Shown here piece after piece: positions 1 through 9,202 of a DNA stretch of 64,000 bases. Source of the stretch: Candidatus Latescibacterota bacterium. GTDB lineage: Bacteria; Latescibacterota; UBA2968. The position numbers were made by a program, and so were the translations under genes. The stretch is from positions 128,001-192,000 of the forward strand of contig OZ242010.1 in the NCBI GenBank assembly GCA_965204745.1, given 5' to 3'. The notes under the pieces were generated by a model. It saw only the letters and a list, made by a program, of their open reading frames with translations, made no database searches and was not told the origin of the DNA. Numbering within the stretch: the stretch's first letter is position 1; every line of letters begins with the position of its first letter.

Positions 1-193
1 TGATTTCAAACAGTTGTCTATGTTGTAACAGAAGCTAACTAGCTAAGTGGAGAAACAGGGGCGCCTGTTCGCCACCGGCTTCACGCAGGGAAAGGAGGGA
101 TGATCGATATTTCGCTTGAAGTCGCCGGGGAAACGCAAGTAGATCGCAAGCAGTAGAGGTGTTATCAACCACTCCATAGAGGAGTAGCTATCC

Positions 194-2851
194 ATGTCCA
201 AAAAGCTCTATTTTTTCGTCTCCGGATTTTTCGCCGGAGTTGGCATGTTGCTGGCGGGTCTGGTGACACAGGCTCAGGCCCAGTGGGGCAACAATGCCAG
301 AATTTCGATGTCTCGCGGTCAGATCGGTCACTCGATCCACAACCCGGGCATGTCGGGCAAGAAAGACAACGAGACAAAACTCGCACAGTCTTCGTTTTCG
401 TATCCGCAGGGTCGCAATATCAAAGTGTATTCGGGCGGCTCTGAGCGCGAAGGCTGGAATGCCAAGTCGAATACAGGTGGTGAAGGTTTTTGGGTGCTTT
501 CCAACACGGGCGGCGCGGCACACGGCACGTACGCAGGAGCGCGTGTTCTGTCTTCCGATCTGGTCAATCGCGCCCACGATATGACCAAGATGCCCGAAGC
601 CTATTTGGGCGTTTTGGAAGACGGGGAATGGGCAATGGCGATTCGCCGGAACAGCGGTGCGGACGCGCCCAATATCGCGGGTTCAACAGTTGCAGATAGA
701 AAGACCAACTGGTGGCCGAATGCCCATGGCATCGCCAATCCAACACCTGCAAACAACATCGCGGTTGTGGTGTGGAATTTCCGCTTTGGTCGGTACAACA
801 GCGGCGAGACGTATGCAGACCGCATTGGCTCTGGGGATCTGCCGCAGTACAGCGCGCCTTCTTGGGTCGAAGCCCTTTCTGAAGACGATTTTCCCGAGAT
901 GATCGGGATTCAAGAGGGTGGTTCTTCCGCCACGGGGTTGGAGTGGACGCGCAAGTGGTATTCCACGGCGCATCCGGCTCACGATGAGTATTTCATCGTC
1001 GACAACGAAGTGGTCAACAACTCCGGGGCAGCGGTTGAAGGGATTTATATCACGTTCCAGAATCGCTTCCACGCGGGTCAGGCATCTGGCTGGCGGCAGA
1101 CCTCTTGGAACCATCCGCGCGACTACACGCGCGATGACTATTATCGCAACACACTGGCTGCGAATTACATGGATGGGGTCAGCCGCGCCGATTATGTGGG
1201 TGCGCTGGGCAAATCCGTTGGGTTGCAGCGCGGTGTGGATTTGGCGAACGACGGTCATTTTATGACCTATTACCACGATGGCGATTCGGATCACATCACC
1301 AATTTGATCAATGACATCGGCGACCCCTATCGCTATGAAATCGCCCGCGAGCGATATACCCGCGAGCAGACGTGGGTGCGCGAGGGGATGATTCAGCACG
1401 GCCAGTATTTTGGCTTGGGCACAGTGGATGCGATGCCGCCGTTTATGCGCTATGGCGGCGTGGATGACGAGATGTATGTGGCCCCGCACGACAATCCGGC
1501 CACGGCCCACGACGAGAGCATGCAACAACCCGCTTCGGTGCTCTTCCACGAGTATCGCTCCAAGGGCGACTTCGACTATCCCTCGCCTGACCGGGCCAGC
1601 GACGCATTGATTTACGACTCGGTTGCCAATGGAGGCTACACGGCTGAAAACGACGAGCCAGGCCATTACTCAACGCTGGTTTCCTACGGGCCTTACAACT
1701 TGGCGCCGGGTGAAAAAGCCAAAGTGGTAATCGCGTATGTGGCGGGTTTGGCAGCAGATCACACCAAGTATGACGACTACAAGAAATACGCGATGCCCTT
1801 CAACTTGGGCTGGATGAACCACTACGGCGGTTTGGGGCAATCCGCGACGAGTTTGGCGGATCGCCGGCCGGAAATTCCGCTGGGCGAAGATGTGCTGTTC
1901 GATCACTTTGAAAGAGCGATTCAGTGGTACAATTGGGGGTATGACCTTCCCAATCAACCGCCGAATACCAAGGTGGCTTGGGATTCCAACCTTCAGGGCA
2001 AGACGCAGATTCGGTGGAGTGTTTTCGGCGAAACAGCGATGGATCCCGACTATTCTGGCGCCGAAGCGCAGGACTTGCGCGGGTATCGCGTTTATCGCTC
2101 GAATGTGGAATTTCAGGGCGAATGGGAATACGTGACCGAGTTTTCGTTTGAAGATGCCCGTTCTGGCAACTTGCCTACGGGTATCACGTTTGATCCTTCT
2201 CGCACTTGGTCAACAGTGAAGAGCGGCAGTTGGCCTACGGGTATTCCGCTGACCACCAACCAGTACGTCACTGCTGGCGATCATGGCACGCCCAATCCCG
2301 AGGCTGGCCCTGAAATTTCCGGCACGTATCTTTTTGACGACAATGCCACCAATGCGGGCTTCCCCAACTGGTACAGCGTGCGGATGTACGATTCTGGTCA
2401 CGGCGATTGGAATGGCACGGGAAGTGTCCCGGTCTTGGAAGCCTCACAGAGCACCTCTTTGGGTTCTGTTTATGGCTCCCGCACGGGCATCGTGCCCGTC
2501 GTTCCGGGCGCAGCGGTTTTTGATCGCCTTGAAGAACAAGTTCGCGTCGTTCCCAATCCCTTCAAGGCCGACAGCGATCTGAATACGTACAACCGGCAAC
2601 AGAATATGCGTTTCACCAATCTGCCGGGTCGTTGCCAGATCGATCTGTACGACGTGACGGGTCAGCGCATCTGGACGTTCTACAACAACGATCCGCTGAA
2701 GGGCGAAGTGACGTATATCCAACTCGCCGAGAACCGCCCCTCCAACTTCGGTGAGGCGATGTTCCCGGGCATTTACTTTTGGAAAGTCACGTCATTGATG
2801 CCGGGTTCGGAAGGCAAAACGCAGAGTGGCACCTTCCTGGTCATCAAGTAA
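194..2851 (+). CDS. Large secreted protein with C-terminal T9SS-like (FlgD/Ig-type) sorting domain
   Basis: 885 aa. Signal peptide (MSKKLYFF...AQAQ), RBS GAGGAG at about 179-184, FN3-like segment (LRGYRVYRS). C-terminus VRVVPNPF...IDLYDVTGQ...PGIYFWKV...FLVIK resembles FCB-group secretion CTDs. Lies next to a PorV-like gene. Confidence 0.75.
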   Translation: MSKKLYFFVSGFFAGVGMLLAGLVTQAQAQWGNNARISMSRGQIGHSIHNPGMSGKKDNETKLAQSSFSYPQGRNIKVYSGGSEREGWNAKSNTGGEGFWVLSNTGGAAHGTYAGARVLSSDLVNRAHDMTKMPEAYLGVLEDGEWAMAIRRNSGADAPNIAGSTVADRKTNWWPNAHGIANPTPANNIAVVVWNFRFGRYNSGETYADRIGSGDLPQYSAPSWVEALSEDDFPEMIGIQEGGSSATGLEWTRKWYSTAHPAHDEYFIVDNEVVNNSGAAVEGIYITFQNRFHAGQASGWRQTSWNHPRDYTRDDYYRNTLAANYMDGVSRADYVGALGKSVGLQRGVDLANDGHFMTYYHDGDSDHITNLINDIGDPYRYEIARERYTREQTWVREGMIQHGQYFGLGTVDAMPPFMRYGGVDDEMYVAPHDNPATAHDESMQQPASVLFHEYRSKGDFDYPSPDRASDALIYDSVANGGYTAENDEPGHYSTLVSYGPYNLAPGEKAKVVIAYVAGLAADHTKYDDYKKYAMPFNLGWMNHYGGLGQSATSLADRRPEIPLGEDVLFDHFERAIQWYNWGYDLPNQPPNTKVAWDSNLQGKTQIRWSVFGETAMDPDYSGAEAQDLRGYRVYRSNVEFQGEWEYVTEFSFEDARSGNLPTGITFDPSRTWSTVKSGSWPTGIPLTTNQYVTAGDHGTPNPEAGPEISGTYLFDDNATNAGFPNWYSVRMYDSGHGDWNGTGSVPVLEASQSTSLGSVYGSRTGIVPVVPGAAVFDRLEEQVRVVPNPFKADSDLNTYNRQQNMRFTNLPGRCQIDLYDVTGQRIWTFYNNDPLKGEVTYIQLAENRPSNFGEAMFPGIYFWKVTSLMPGSEGKTQSGTFLVIK

Positions 2852-2887
2852 GGCGCGATGCGTCAGACACAAAAAAGGAGAAAGACA

Positions 2888-3904
2888 ATGTTGAAGAAAG
2901 CACTGCTCTTCGGTCTGGTTGTCGCGCTTGCCCTGCCGATGTATGCACAGGCTCAGGAAGTGCGTCCGACCCTCGATGAATTGGGCCCTTTTCCAACGGA
3001 TAGGACGCGCGTTCCTCCGGAAACGGATTTGATTAAGTACGCGCGTATCAGCACGACCTCTTATGGCTTTTTGAAGTTGACGACCAATGCGCGTTCTGCG
3101 GCGATGGGCGATGCGTATTCGTCTGTCGGCAATGATCTGTCGGCGGTTTTTTACAATCCCGCTGGCATCACGCAGATCGAGCGTTACGCGCTGACCGCGT
3201 CCTATCTCAAGTGGATTGTGGGGTCTCAGATGGGCACGTTTGCCATTGGTGCCAAAACCAATGTGGCGACGTTTGCGGTCAACTTTGCGTATTTTTCCAC
3301 CGAGGAATTTGAAGAGACCACGTCCTCTCAGCCTGGCGGCTCTGGGCGCATGGTTAAAGCTGGCAACTTGGCCGCGGGTTTGACCATTGCCAAGCAAGTC
3401 ACGGATAAGTTGTCCGTGGGTGGCAACCTCCGCTGGATTCAAGAAGACCTGGATTTGCAGTCGTATTCGGCTGTTGACATGGATTTTGGCACGCTGTTTT
3501 ACACGGGGTTTTACTCCACGCGCTTAGGGATGTCGTTCCGCAACTTGGGTAATGACAAGGATGTGATCGGCCAGAAAGCGCGTTTCCCGATGGTGTTCAA
3601 CCTGTCGGGTGCGGCTGAAGTCTATGGCAACTTGGGCGATCCCCTGTCGATTACGTTGGCGGTGGAACAGATGTTCTTCACGGATGGGGTCAACCACTAC
3701 CACTTTGGCGCCGAGGCATGGGTTCAGAACATGTTGGCGTTGCGCGGTGGTTACAAGACGGGTTATGACTCCGAGTCGTGGACTCTGGGTGCGGGCCTGC
3801 GCCAGAAGTTGGGCGATCAGGCTGTGAGTGTGGATTTCTCGTTTTCAAAAGCCGAAGCACTCGACGAGTATCCCATTCGCGTCTCCGTTGGACTCGGTTT
3901 CTAA
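2888..3904 (+). CDS. PorV/PorQ (UPF0164)-family outer-membrane beta-barrel protein
   Basis: AAGGAG RBS at 2875-2880, signal peptide, family motif ARSAAMGDAY...AVFYNPAG, amphipathic beta-strands, C-terminal Phe. Confidence 0.85.
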   Translation: MLKKALLFGLVVALALPMYAQAQEVRPTLDELGPFPTDRTRVPPETDLIKYARISTTSYGFLKLTTNARSAAMGDAYSSVGNDLSAVFYNPAGITQIERYALTASYLKWIVGSQMGTFAIGAKTNVATFAVNFAYFSTEEFEETTSSQPGGSGRMVKAGNLAAGLTIAKQVTDKLSVGGNLRWIQEDLDLQSYSAVDMDFGTLFYTGFYSTRLGMSFRNLGNDKDVIGQKARFPMVFNLSGAAEVYGNLGDPLSITLAVEQMFFTDGVNHYHFGAEAWVQNMLALRGGYKTGYDSESWTLGAGLRQKLGDQAVSVDFSFSKAEALDEYPIRVSVGLGF

Positions 3905-3925
3905 CGAAGTCCCACATTGCATCAC

Positions 3926-3960
3926 AAAAGGCTACGGTCGAAAGATCGTAGCCTTTTTTT
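3926..3960 (+). terminator. Intrinsic terminator, probably bidirectional
   Basis: AAAAGGCTACGGTC-GAAA-GATCGTAGCC-TTTTTTT just after the PorV-like stop codon. Confidence 0.85.
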
Positions 3961-4172
3961 ATCGCGGATTAAACGGATTGCGCGGATTGGGCATCGTAGA
4001 TAGGGCAAAGGATGTAGCGGGCACAGACGCCGCAAGTAGGGTAGCGACCACAGATTGGGATTGGAGGTTGAGTGAAGGATGCTACGGGTACGAAGGACAC
4101 AGCGGTTGTGGAGAGTGGATAGGTTTTTAATCCGCGCAATCCCTAAATCCGCGCCAATCCGCGATTCAGACA
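3961..4172. repeat. Inverted pair of ~9-nt CGCGGATT / AATCCGCG repeat clusters
   Basis: cgcggattaaacggattgcgcggatt at 3963-3988 and aatccgcgcaatccctaaatccgcgccaatccgcgattcagaca at about 4129-4172. Same family at about 28317-28360, 32636-32672 and 55878-55923. Confidence 0.75.
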
Positions 4173-4242
4173 AATGACGAGGAAGATTGTCCTGTCTGTG
4201 AACATTGCTCCCTTTCCTGTCAGGAAGGGGCCGGGGGTAGGT

Positions 4243-4647
4243 TTATACCTCGAATTTTGTGCCCACCTCGTCTTTGTGCTCGTTGGCGATGACGTAAAAG
4301 ACCAAGGCCTTGGTCGCGCTGCTGTTTCGGATGCGATGGCGCGTGCCGGCCGGTTGCATCAAGCAATCGCCGACAACGGCTTCCACGGTCTCGCCCTCGC
4401 GTTGCACTATCGCCTTGCCGGACACGATGATGAAAAATTCCCACTGATGGCTGTGTGCGTGAACAGGACACGGACGCGCGCCCGGGGGCACGCGGGTCAA
4501 TTCCACGTCAAAGGGATGGGGATTGTCTTTGGTGTTGCCCAGTGCCACGGAGATGTGCTGGCGATGGCGTTCATAAGTGTTGTCCTGCCATTGCCATTGC
4601 TGATATTCCACCGGCACATCTTTGAGGTTGATTTTCCAGATCGACAT
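4243..4647 (-). CDS. Cupin-domain protein
   Basis: 134 aa with cupin motifs PPGARPCPVHAHSHQWEFFIIVSG and PAGTRHRIRN. Confidence 0.85.
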   Translation of the reverse strand: MSIWKINLKDVPVEYQQWQWQDNTYERHRQHISVALGNTKDNPHPFDVELTRVPPGARPCPVHAHSHQWEFFIIVSGKAIVQREGETVEAVVGDCLMQPAGTRHRIRNSSATKALVFYVIANEHKDEVGTKFEV

Positions 4648-4701
4648 ATTTTTTCCTTTTTGGAAAGCGGTGGGAACTGATAGCTGACCGCTTGGGGATT
4701 A

Positions 4702-5048
4702 GGGACTGACCACTGACCACTGACCACTGACTACTTGAGAAGGATAGCGCGGCTACCTTCTCCCCTCTTGCATCTTTGGGCGAACACGGGAGTATCGCTC
4801 CTACATCTGCGCCCTCTGCATGATCTGCGAGCCGCCTTTGGGCGGCGATGGGCGGGGACTGACCACTGACCACTGACTACTTGAGAAGGATAGCGCGGCT
4901 ACCTTCTCCCCTCTGTATCTTTGGACGAGCACGAGGACGTCGCCCCTACATCTGCGCCCTCTGCATGATCTGCGAACCGCCTTTGGGCGGCGATGGGCGG
5001 GGACTGACTACTGACTACTGACCACTGACTACTGACTACTGATTACTG
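4702..5048. repeat. Tandem duplication of a ~150-bp unit containing ACTGACC/ACTGACT heptamer arrays and a GTAG-type REP palindrome
   Basis: Units at about 4702-4855 and 4856-4999, then a heptamer run at 5000-5048. Each unit holds ggRcgaRcacg...tcgcYcctac (GTAG-REP on the minus strand). Confidence 0.85.
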
Positions 5049-7194
5049 TTGCCTTTCTCATCGCCCAGCGAATTTCCTCTGCGGTCGTATTCGGGTCCGA
5101 GGGGTTGATGAGGTTGCCGAAAATGTCTGCGCCCACCACATGTTTTCGCAGGCCGGGGCCGCGGAGGAGGGACGTGATGTGGATTTGCATGTGATAGCCG
5201 TAGTCGATGCCATTTGTGGGGGCTTGCATCAGGGCTAAGGTGTAGTGATAGGGGGCGTTGAACAAGCGGTCTAAGCCGCGGAGGACATCGCGCACCACCA
5301 TTGCGAGGTCGCGCCGTTGTGCGGCTTGCAAGTCCAACAGGCTCGGCGCGTGCGCCTTGGGGGTGATGATCACGTCGTAAGGGAACTGCGCGGCATACGG
5401 AACATAACCCAGCGCGTGTGGGCGATCAGACACAACGCGCCGTCCGTCTTGGGATTCAATGCGGTTGGCGTCGCAAACAAAACAGCGCCCGGTTCTCTCG
5501 CGGTGGGACGCGAACCGCGCCAACTGCGGTTTCACCATCAGGTCCGGAATGTCGCCGTAGGCATAGACCTGCCCGTGCGGGTGGGGTTGCGAATTGCCCA
5601 TCACCGCGCCGCGATTCTCAAAAATCAAGGGATAGGCGATCTCGGCCTTTTTCCCCAAGCGCGCGTAAATCTCTGCCCAGGCGTCGATGACGCGGACGAA
5701 CTCGGCTAAGGACAAGGTGGACAATCGTTGCGCGTGATCGCGGCTATAGACCACGACTTCGCAGATGCCTCGGCAGGTGCGAGACGCATAAGGCCCCAGT
5801 TGTTCGCGGGTTTGGTAGGCGTCTAATTCCAACGCGGGAAAATCGTTCTCAAATGTCCACACGCCCTCGTAATTCGGATTCGCATCGCCGCGTGCGCGTG
5901 CGTTGCCGGGGCAGAGATAACAGTCGGGATGATAGGCGCGATCAGCAGATTCGTCCATCTCTTGCGTTTCTCCGTGCCAGGGCCTGTCTCGGCGATGGGC
6001 CGCGATATTGACCCACCTGTTCCAAAACGGATTGAACCGTTCCTCTTGCACGACCCGATACCCGTGCGGATGCAGGCGATGCCAGTGCCAAGCGGAGTCG
6101 ATGATGTCGCGTAACGACTCTTGTGCGACCCAACCCAGTTCGCGCCGAATGCGGCTCGGATCCGCGATCAGCGTTGCCGGATCGCCCTGTCGGCGCGCAC
6201 CAATCGCCGTGGGAATCGCATGCCCGGTGATGTCGCGTGCGGCTTCTACAATCTCCTTGACGCTCCAGCCATAGCCCATGCCGAGATTGTAAGTCGCGGA
6301 CGGCCCGCCCAGCAACAACCCGTCCAAACTCTTGATATGGGCATCGGCTAATTCCACCACCGAGAGGTAATCGCGCACAGCCGTGCCGTCGGGCGTCGCG
6401 TAATCATCGCCAAACAAGACGAGTTTGTCGCGTTGTCCCAACGCCACTTGCAAAATGAGGGGGATTAGATGCGTCTCGGGCGCGTGGTCTTCGCCGATCA
6501 AACGCGAGGGGTCCGCGCCCGCGGTATTGAAATACCGGAGGACGACATAAGGCGCGCCAGTGCGTTGCTCTGTGTAGTGCAACATGCGTTCCCCCATCAT
6601 TTTTGTGATGCCATAGACGTTCAGGGGGATTTTCAGCATGGCGATATCTTCTTCGCACAATTTGAACGCGCTGTGTTTTTCGCACCACTTTAGCAGGGTG
6701 TCAAAATTGACCGCCGCGGGCATCAACTGGCTGTGGTCAAAGCCCCCAGCTGCGATCCATCGTTGCGGATAATCCTCTTTCAATGGGAGGTGTTCTGCGC
6801 GGGGTTCGCCGTAAATTGCGGCGGTCGACGATTTTACGAGAGGCAACCCGCTGGCTATGTCCAGCAAGTTTTGAAATGCAACGACATTGTGATCAAAATA
6901 CAGGCGCGGCGCGGTTTGGGATTCCCCGACCAAAATTTTGGCGGCAAAGTCGATGATCCCGCAAAACTCGTGGCGTTCAAAAACACAGGCCAGAGCATCG
7001 CGGTCGAGCAAACTGACATGCTCGAAACAAAATTGCTCTGGCCCATACACTTGTTCAAACAAGGTGACGACTTCCCGGTTGCCCGTCGACAAGTCGTCTA
7101 ACACCACCACGCGGCGATGATCTTCCAACAACCGCCGAACCGCATGGCTGCCAATATAACCCGCGCCCCCCGTCACCAAAACAGCATGCTCCAT
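5029..7194 (-). CDS. galE-galT: Fused UDP-glucose 4-epimerase / galactose-1-phosphate uridylyltransferase
   Basis: N-half: VTGGAGYIGSH, YGITK (YxxxK), LRYFN, GEDHAPETHLIP, DGTAVRDY. C-half: RFNPF..W...HR..RPW, CYLCPGN, FENDFPAL, GNSQPHPHGQ (HPH active site). One continuous ORF. Confidence 0.9.
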   Translation of the reverse strand: MEHAVLVTGGAGYIGSHAVRRLLEDHRRVVVLDDLSTGNREVVTLFEQVYGPEQFCFEHVSLLDRDALACVFERHEFCGIIDFAAKILVGESQTAPRLYFDHNVVAFQNLLDIASGLPLVKSSTAAIYGEPRAEHLPLKEDYPQRWIAAGGFDHSQLMPAAVNFDTLLKWCEKHSAFKLCEEDIAMLKIPLNVYGITKMMGERMLHYTEQRTGAPYVVLRYFNTAGADPSRLIGEDHAPETHLIPLILQVALGQRDKLVLFGDDYATPDGTAVRDYLSVVELADAHIKSLDGLLLGGPSATYNLGMGYGWSVKEIVEAARDITGHAIPTAIGARRQGDPATLIADPSRIRRELGWVAQESLRDIIDSAWHWHRLHPHGYRVVQEERFNPFWNRWVNIAAHRRDRPWHGETQEMDESADRAYHPDCYLCPGNARARGDANPNYEGVWTFENDFPALELDAYQTREQLGPYASRTCRGICEVVVYSRDHAQRLSTLSLAEFVRVIDAWAEIYARLGKKAEIAYPLIFENRGAVMGNSQPHPHGQVYAYGDIPDLMVKPQLARFASHRERTGRCFVCDANRIESQDGRRVVSDRPHALGYVPYAAQFPYDVIITPKAHAPSLLDLQAAQRRDLAMVVRDVLRGLDRLFNAPYHYTLALMQAPTNGIDYGYHMQIHITSLLRGPGLRKHVVGADIFGNLINPSDPNTTAEEIRWAMRKATVISSQ

Positions 7195-7218
7195 ACGTCA
7201 AACCTCTTTGTCTATTGA

Positions 7219-7245
7219 TGCTTTTAGCCGCGCAATTTCATCGCG
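7219..7245. repeat. 27-bp direct repeat, copy 1 (displaced uvrB 3' end)
   Basis: tgcttttagccgcgcaatttcatcgcg, identical to 9215-9241. Confidence 0.9.
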
Positions 7246-8128
7246 TTTCTTCAATGCGTTTGGCGATGAGCCGCTTTAATTCTGTAAAATCAGCAGGGAC
7301 ATATTTGGCGTTTCTGAGCAGATCCTTCGCGACCTCATTGATCTTTTCGCGTCCTTGTAGTTGCGTCCCATCTGTCGAGATGACTCGAAAATATCCGGAA
7401 TTAATTACCTGTGCGAGCACCCTTTTGCCGCTAACCCTATCCAACCAATCACCCGAGCCAAAGGCGAGTTGGTCGTTGCCATTTGTCATTTCCTCAAGAC
7501 ATTCCTCAAAGCGGCGTTCCACCTCTTCAGCAGAAACCGCATTCTCAACACGGATGCGATGTTGATCAAATTCGTTCGCCTGGTTCAATTTTTCCAAAGC
7601 GATTTCTTTGGAGGGAAAGTCATCGGGATTGGAAAATATTTTAATCCACTCCTCCTTTAGGTCTTCCCGGATAGAGATAATGACATGGTTCGCAACATCG
7701 AGAAACAACCGCTTGTTGGCAAATTGTAGAATTTGTCGCGCCAGATCGTCTTGTTCGGCTTGGCAAAACCGCGACTGAATGAGATAGTTCGGATCTAAAA
7801 AATAGTTTTCGATCTCCCGTCGTCTCCAGACGAGTAGGTTGGATGTAGCAGGGTTCGGAAAATCGCGCCAGCAACGGTTTATGAACTCAATTTTGTGGTG
7901 ATCGCGGTCGATCAAAAAATAATAGGTCGGATGGTGGGGGTGCAAAGCCTCCGCAACGCTTTTTACTGAATAGGCAGGGCCAAGAGGCTCTATGCGAAGG
8001 CGAGGGTCAAAAAGTTCACTGAGAACTTTGGGGTCAAAAGCATTCTGATCTTTCCCTTCGACAAAGAGAACATGTCGTGCCTGAAAGTGGACGCTTTCAG
8101 AACGGATTCCCCTTCTAACGCCGATCAT
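7238..8128 (-). CDS. TOPRIM / DUF4435-like nuclease (AriB-like partner of the ABC ATPase)
   Basis: Start MIGVRRG overlaps the upstream stop (ATGA) and has a GGAGG RBS. Motifs VLFVEGKD, FLIDRD (DxD) and REIENYF match OLD/DUF4435 TOPRIM domains. Confidence 0.7.
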   Translation of the reverse strand: MIGVRRGIRSESVHFQARHVLFVEGKDQNAFDPKVLSELFDPRLRIEPLGPAYSVKSVAEALHPHHPTYYFLIDRDHHKIEFINRCWRDFPNPATSNLLVWRRREIENYFLDPNYLIQSRFCQAEQDDLARQILQFANKRLFLDVANHVIISIREDLKEEWIKIFSNPDDFPSKEIALEKLNQANEFDQHRIRVENAVSAEEVERRFEECLEEMTNGNDQLAFGSGDWLDRVSGKRVLAQVINSGYFRVISTDGTQLQGREKINEVAKDLLRNAKYVPADFTELKRLIAKRIEETR

Positions 8129-9189
8129 GTGCCATCCTCCTGTTCTTCCACCAAGAGAATGCGCCGATCTTCGGCAACCGAGTCCATGATCTCTTCGGAA
8201 TGGGTTGCGATGATATATTGATTTTTCGGTGCCAAGTCCACGAGATCTTTGACAAAAGTGCGGTGCCATTGGGCATTCAGGTGCAACTCTGGTTCGTCGA
8301 TAAACACGACCGACGGGTTGTTCTTCGTATGATCCCACACCAAGAACAAAGTCGAAATGATTTCCTTTTGTCCAGAACTCAGACCGTCAAACGTAAATGA
8401 TTCTCCGCCGCGCTCGGGTTGCACGCGGAAATCAAAGGTGTTGTCAGGAGACGGGCGGAGTTTACCGATGGTGCCGCGTGCATAACGCGCCATCAACGCA
8501 TTGAGTTGCTCTATCGTATCGTCCGGCTCTCGATCTTCCACAGATTCAAAGAGTTGTGCCTTTCCCATCATAGAACGCAAAATCCGCAACTTAAATTCAC
8601 TCATCGGCCTGCGTCTCATTCTTGGCAACCGGTCTCGGTCCACCAGCATGCCGAGTTCTGGATTTCCCTCTTGAACTTTGCGATAGCTGTGGAACAAGAG
8701 AAAGGTATTCTCGACAACTGGGTTGGGCGTAAAGCCACAGATCGCGTTTATGAAATCGTCAAGATCGCGTTCTGAAACAGACCGTTCATTTGCCACCATT
8801 TTTTTTTCAAGCGATTTACCAGATATAGTGCCGTCGCCACGCCGATCTATCCGAATTTGCACCTTGCCCAATGCCTCGCCAAAGGCGATGTCGCCGGCAA
8901 TTTCCGCACATTGTGCATCCGATCTGATCAGCAAGTCGGGCACATCCACACTTGAATAATAGTCGGTCAAGTCGGTGAAAGAAAAATTCTCTTCCTCGAG
9001 CGTTGCCGCCAAAAGCAATAGCGAGCAACACTCAATAATTGCTGTCTTGCCGATCCCGTTCTCGCTACCCATCACGAGGATATCCGGATCGCCGGACATT
9101 TTAGGCGGGGGAAAGTGCAACTCGAGTTCGTCAATGCCCTTGTAATTTTGGATGGCTATTCGCCTGATCTGGATGGACATTTTTTTCAT
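8125..9189 (-). CDS. ABC-type ATPase (AAA_15/AAA_21), AriA-like defence ATPase
   Basis: IRRIAIQNYKGI, Walker A GSENGIGKT, signature LSSGQ, Walker B VFIDEPELHL, H-loop IATHS. GGAGGT RBS before ATG 9189. Confidence 0.85.
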   Translation of the reverse strand: MKKMSIQIRRIAIQNYKGIDELELHFPPPKMSGDPDILVMGSENGIGKTAIIECCSLLLLAATLEEENFSFTDLTDYYSSVDVPDLLIRSDAQCAEIAGDIAFGEALGKVQIRIDRRGDGTISGKSLEKKMVANERSVSERDLDDFINAICGFTPNPVVENTFLLFHSYRKVQEGNPELGMLVDRDRLPRMRRRPMSEFKLRILRSMMGKAQLFESVEDREPDDTIEQLNALMARYARGTIGKLRPSPDNTFDFRVQPERGGESFTFDGLSSGQKEIISTLFLVWDHTKNNPSVVFIDEPELHLNAQWHRTFVKDLVDLAPKNQYIIATHSEEIMDSVAEDRRILLVEEQEDGT

Positions 9190-9202
9190 GATGACCTCCT
9201 CG

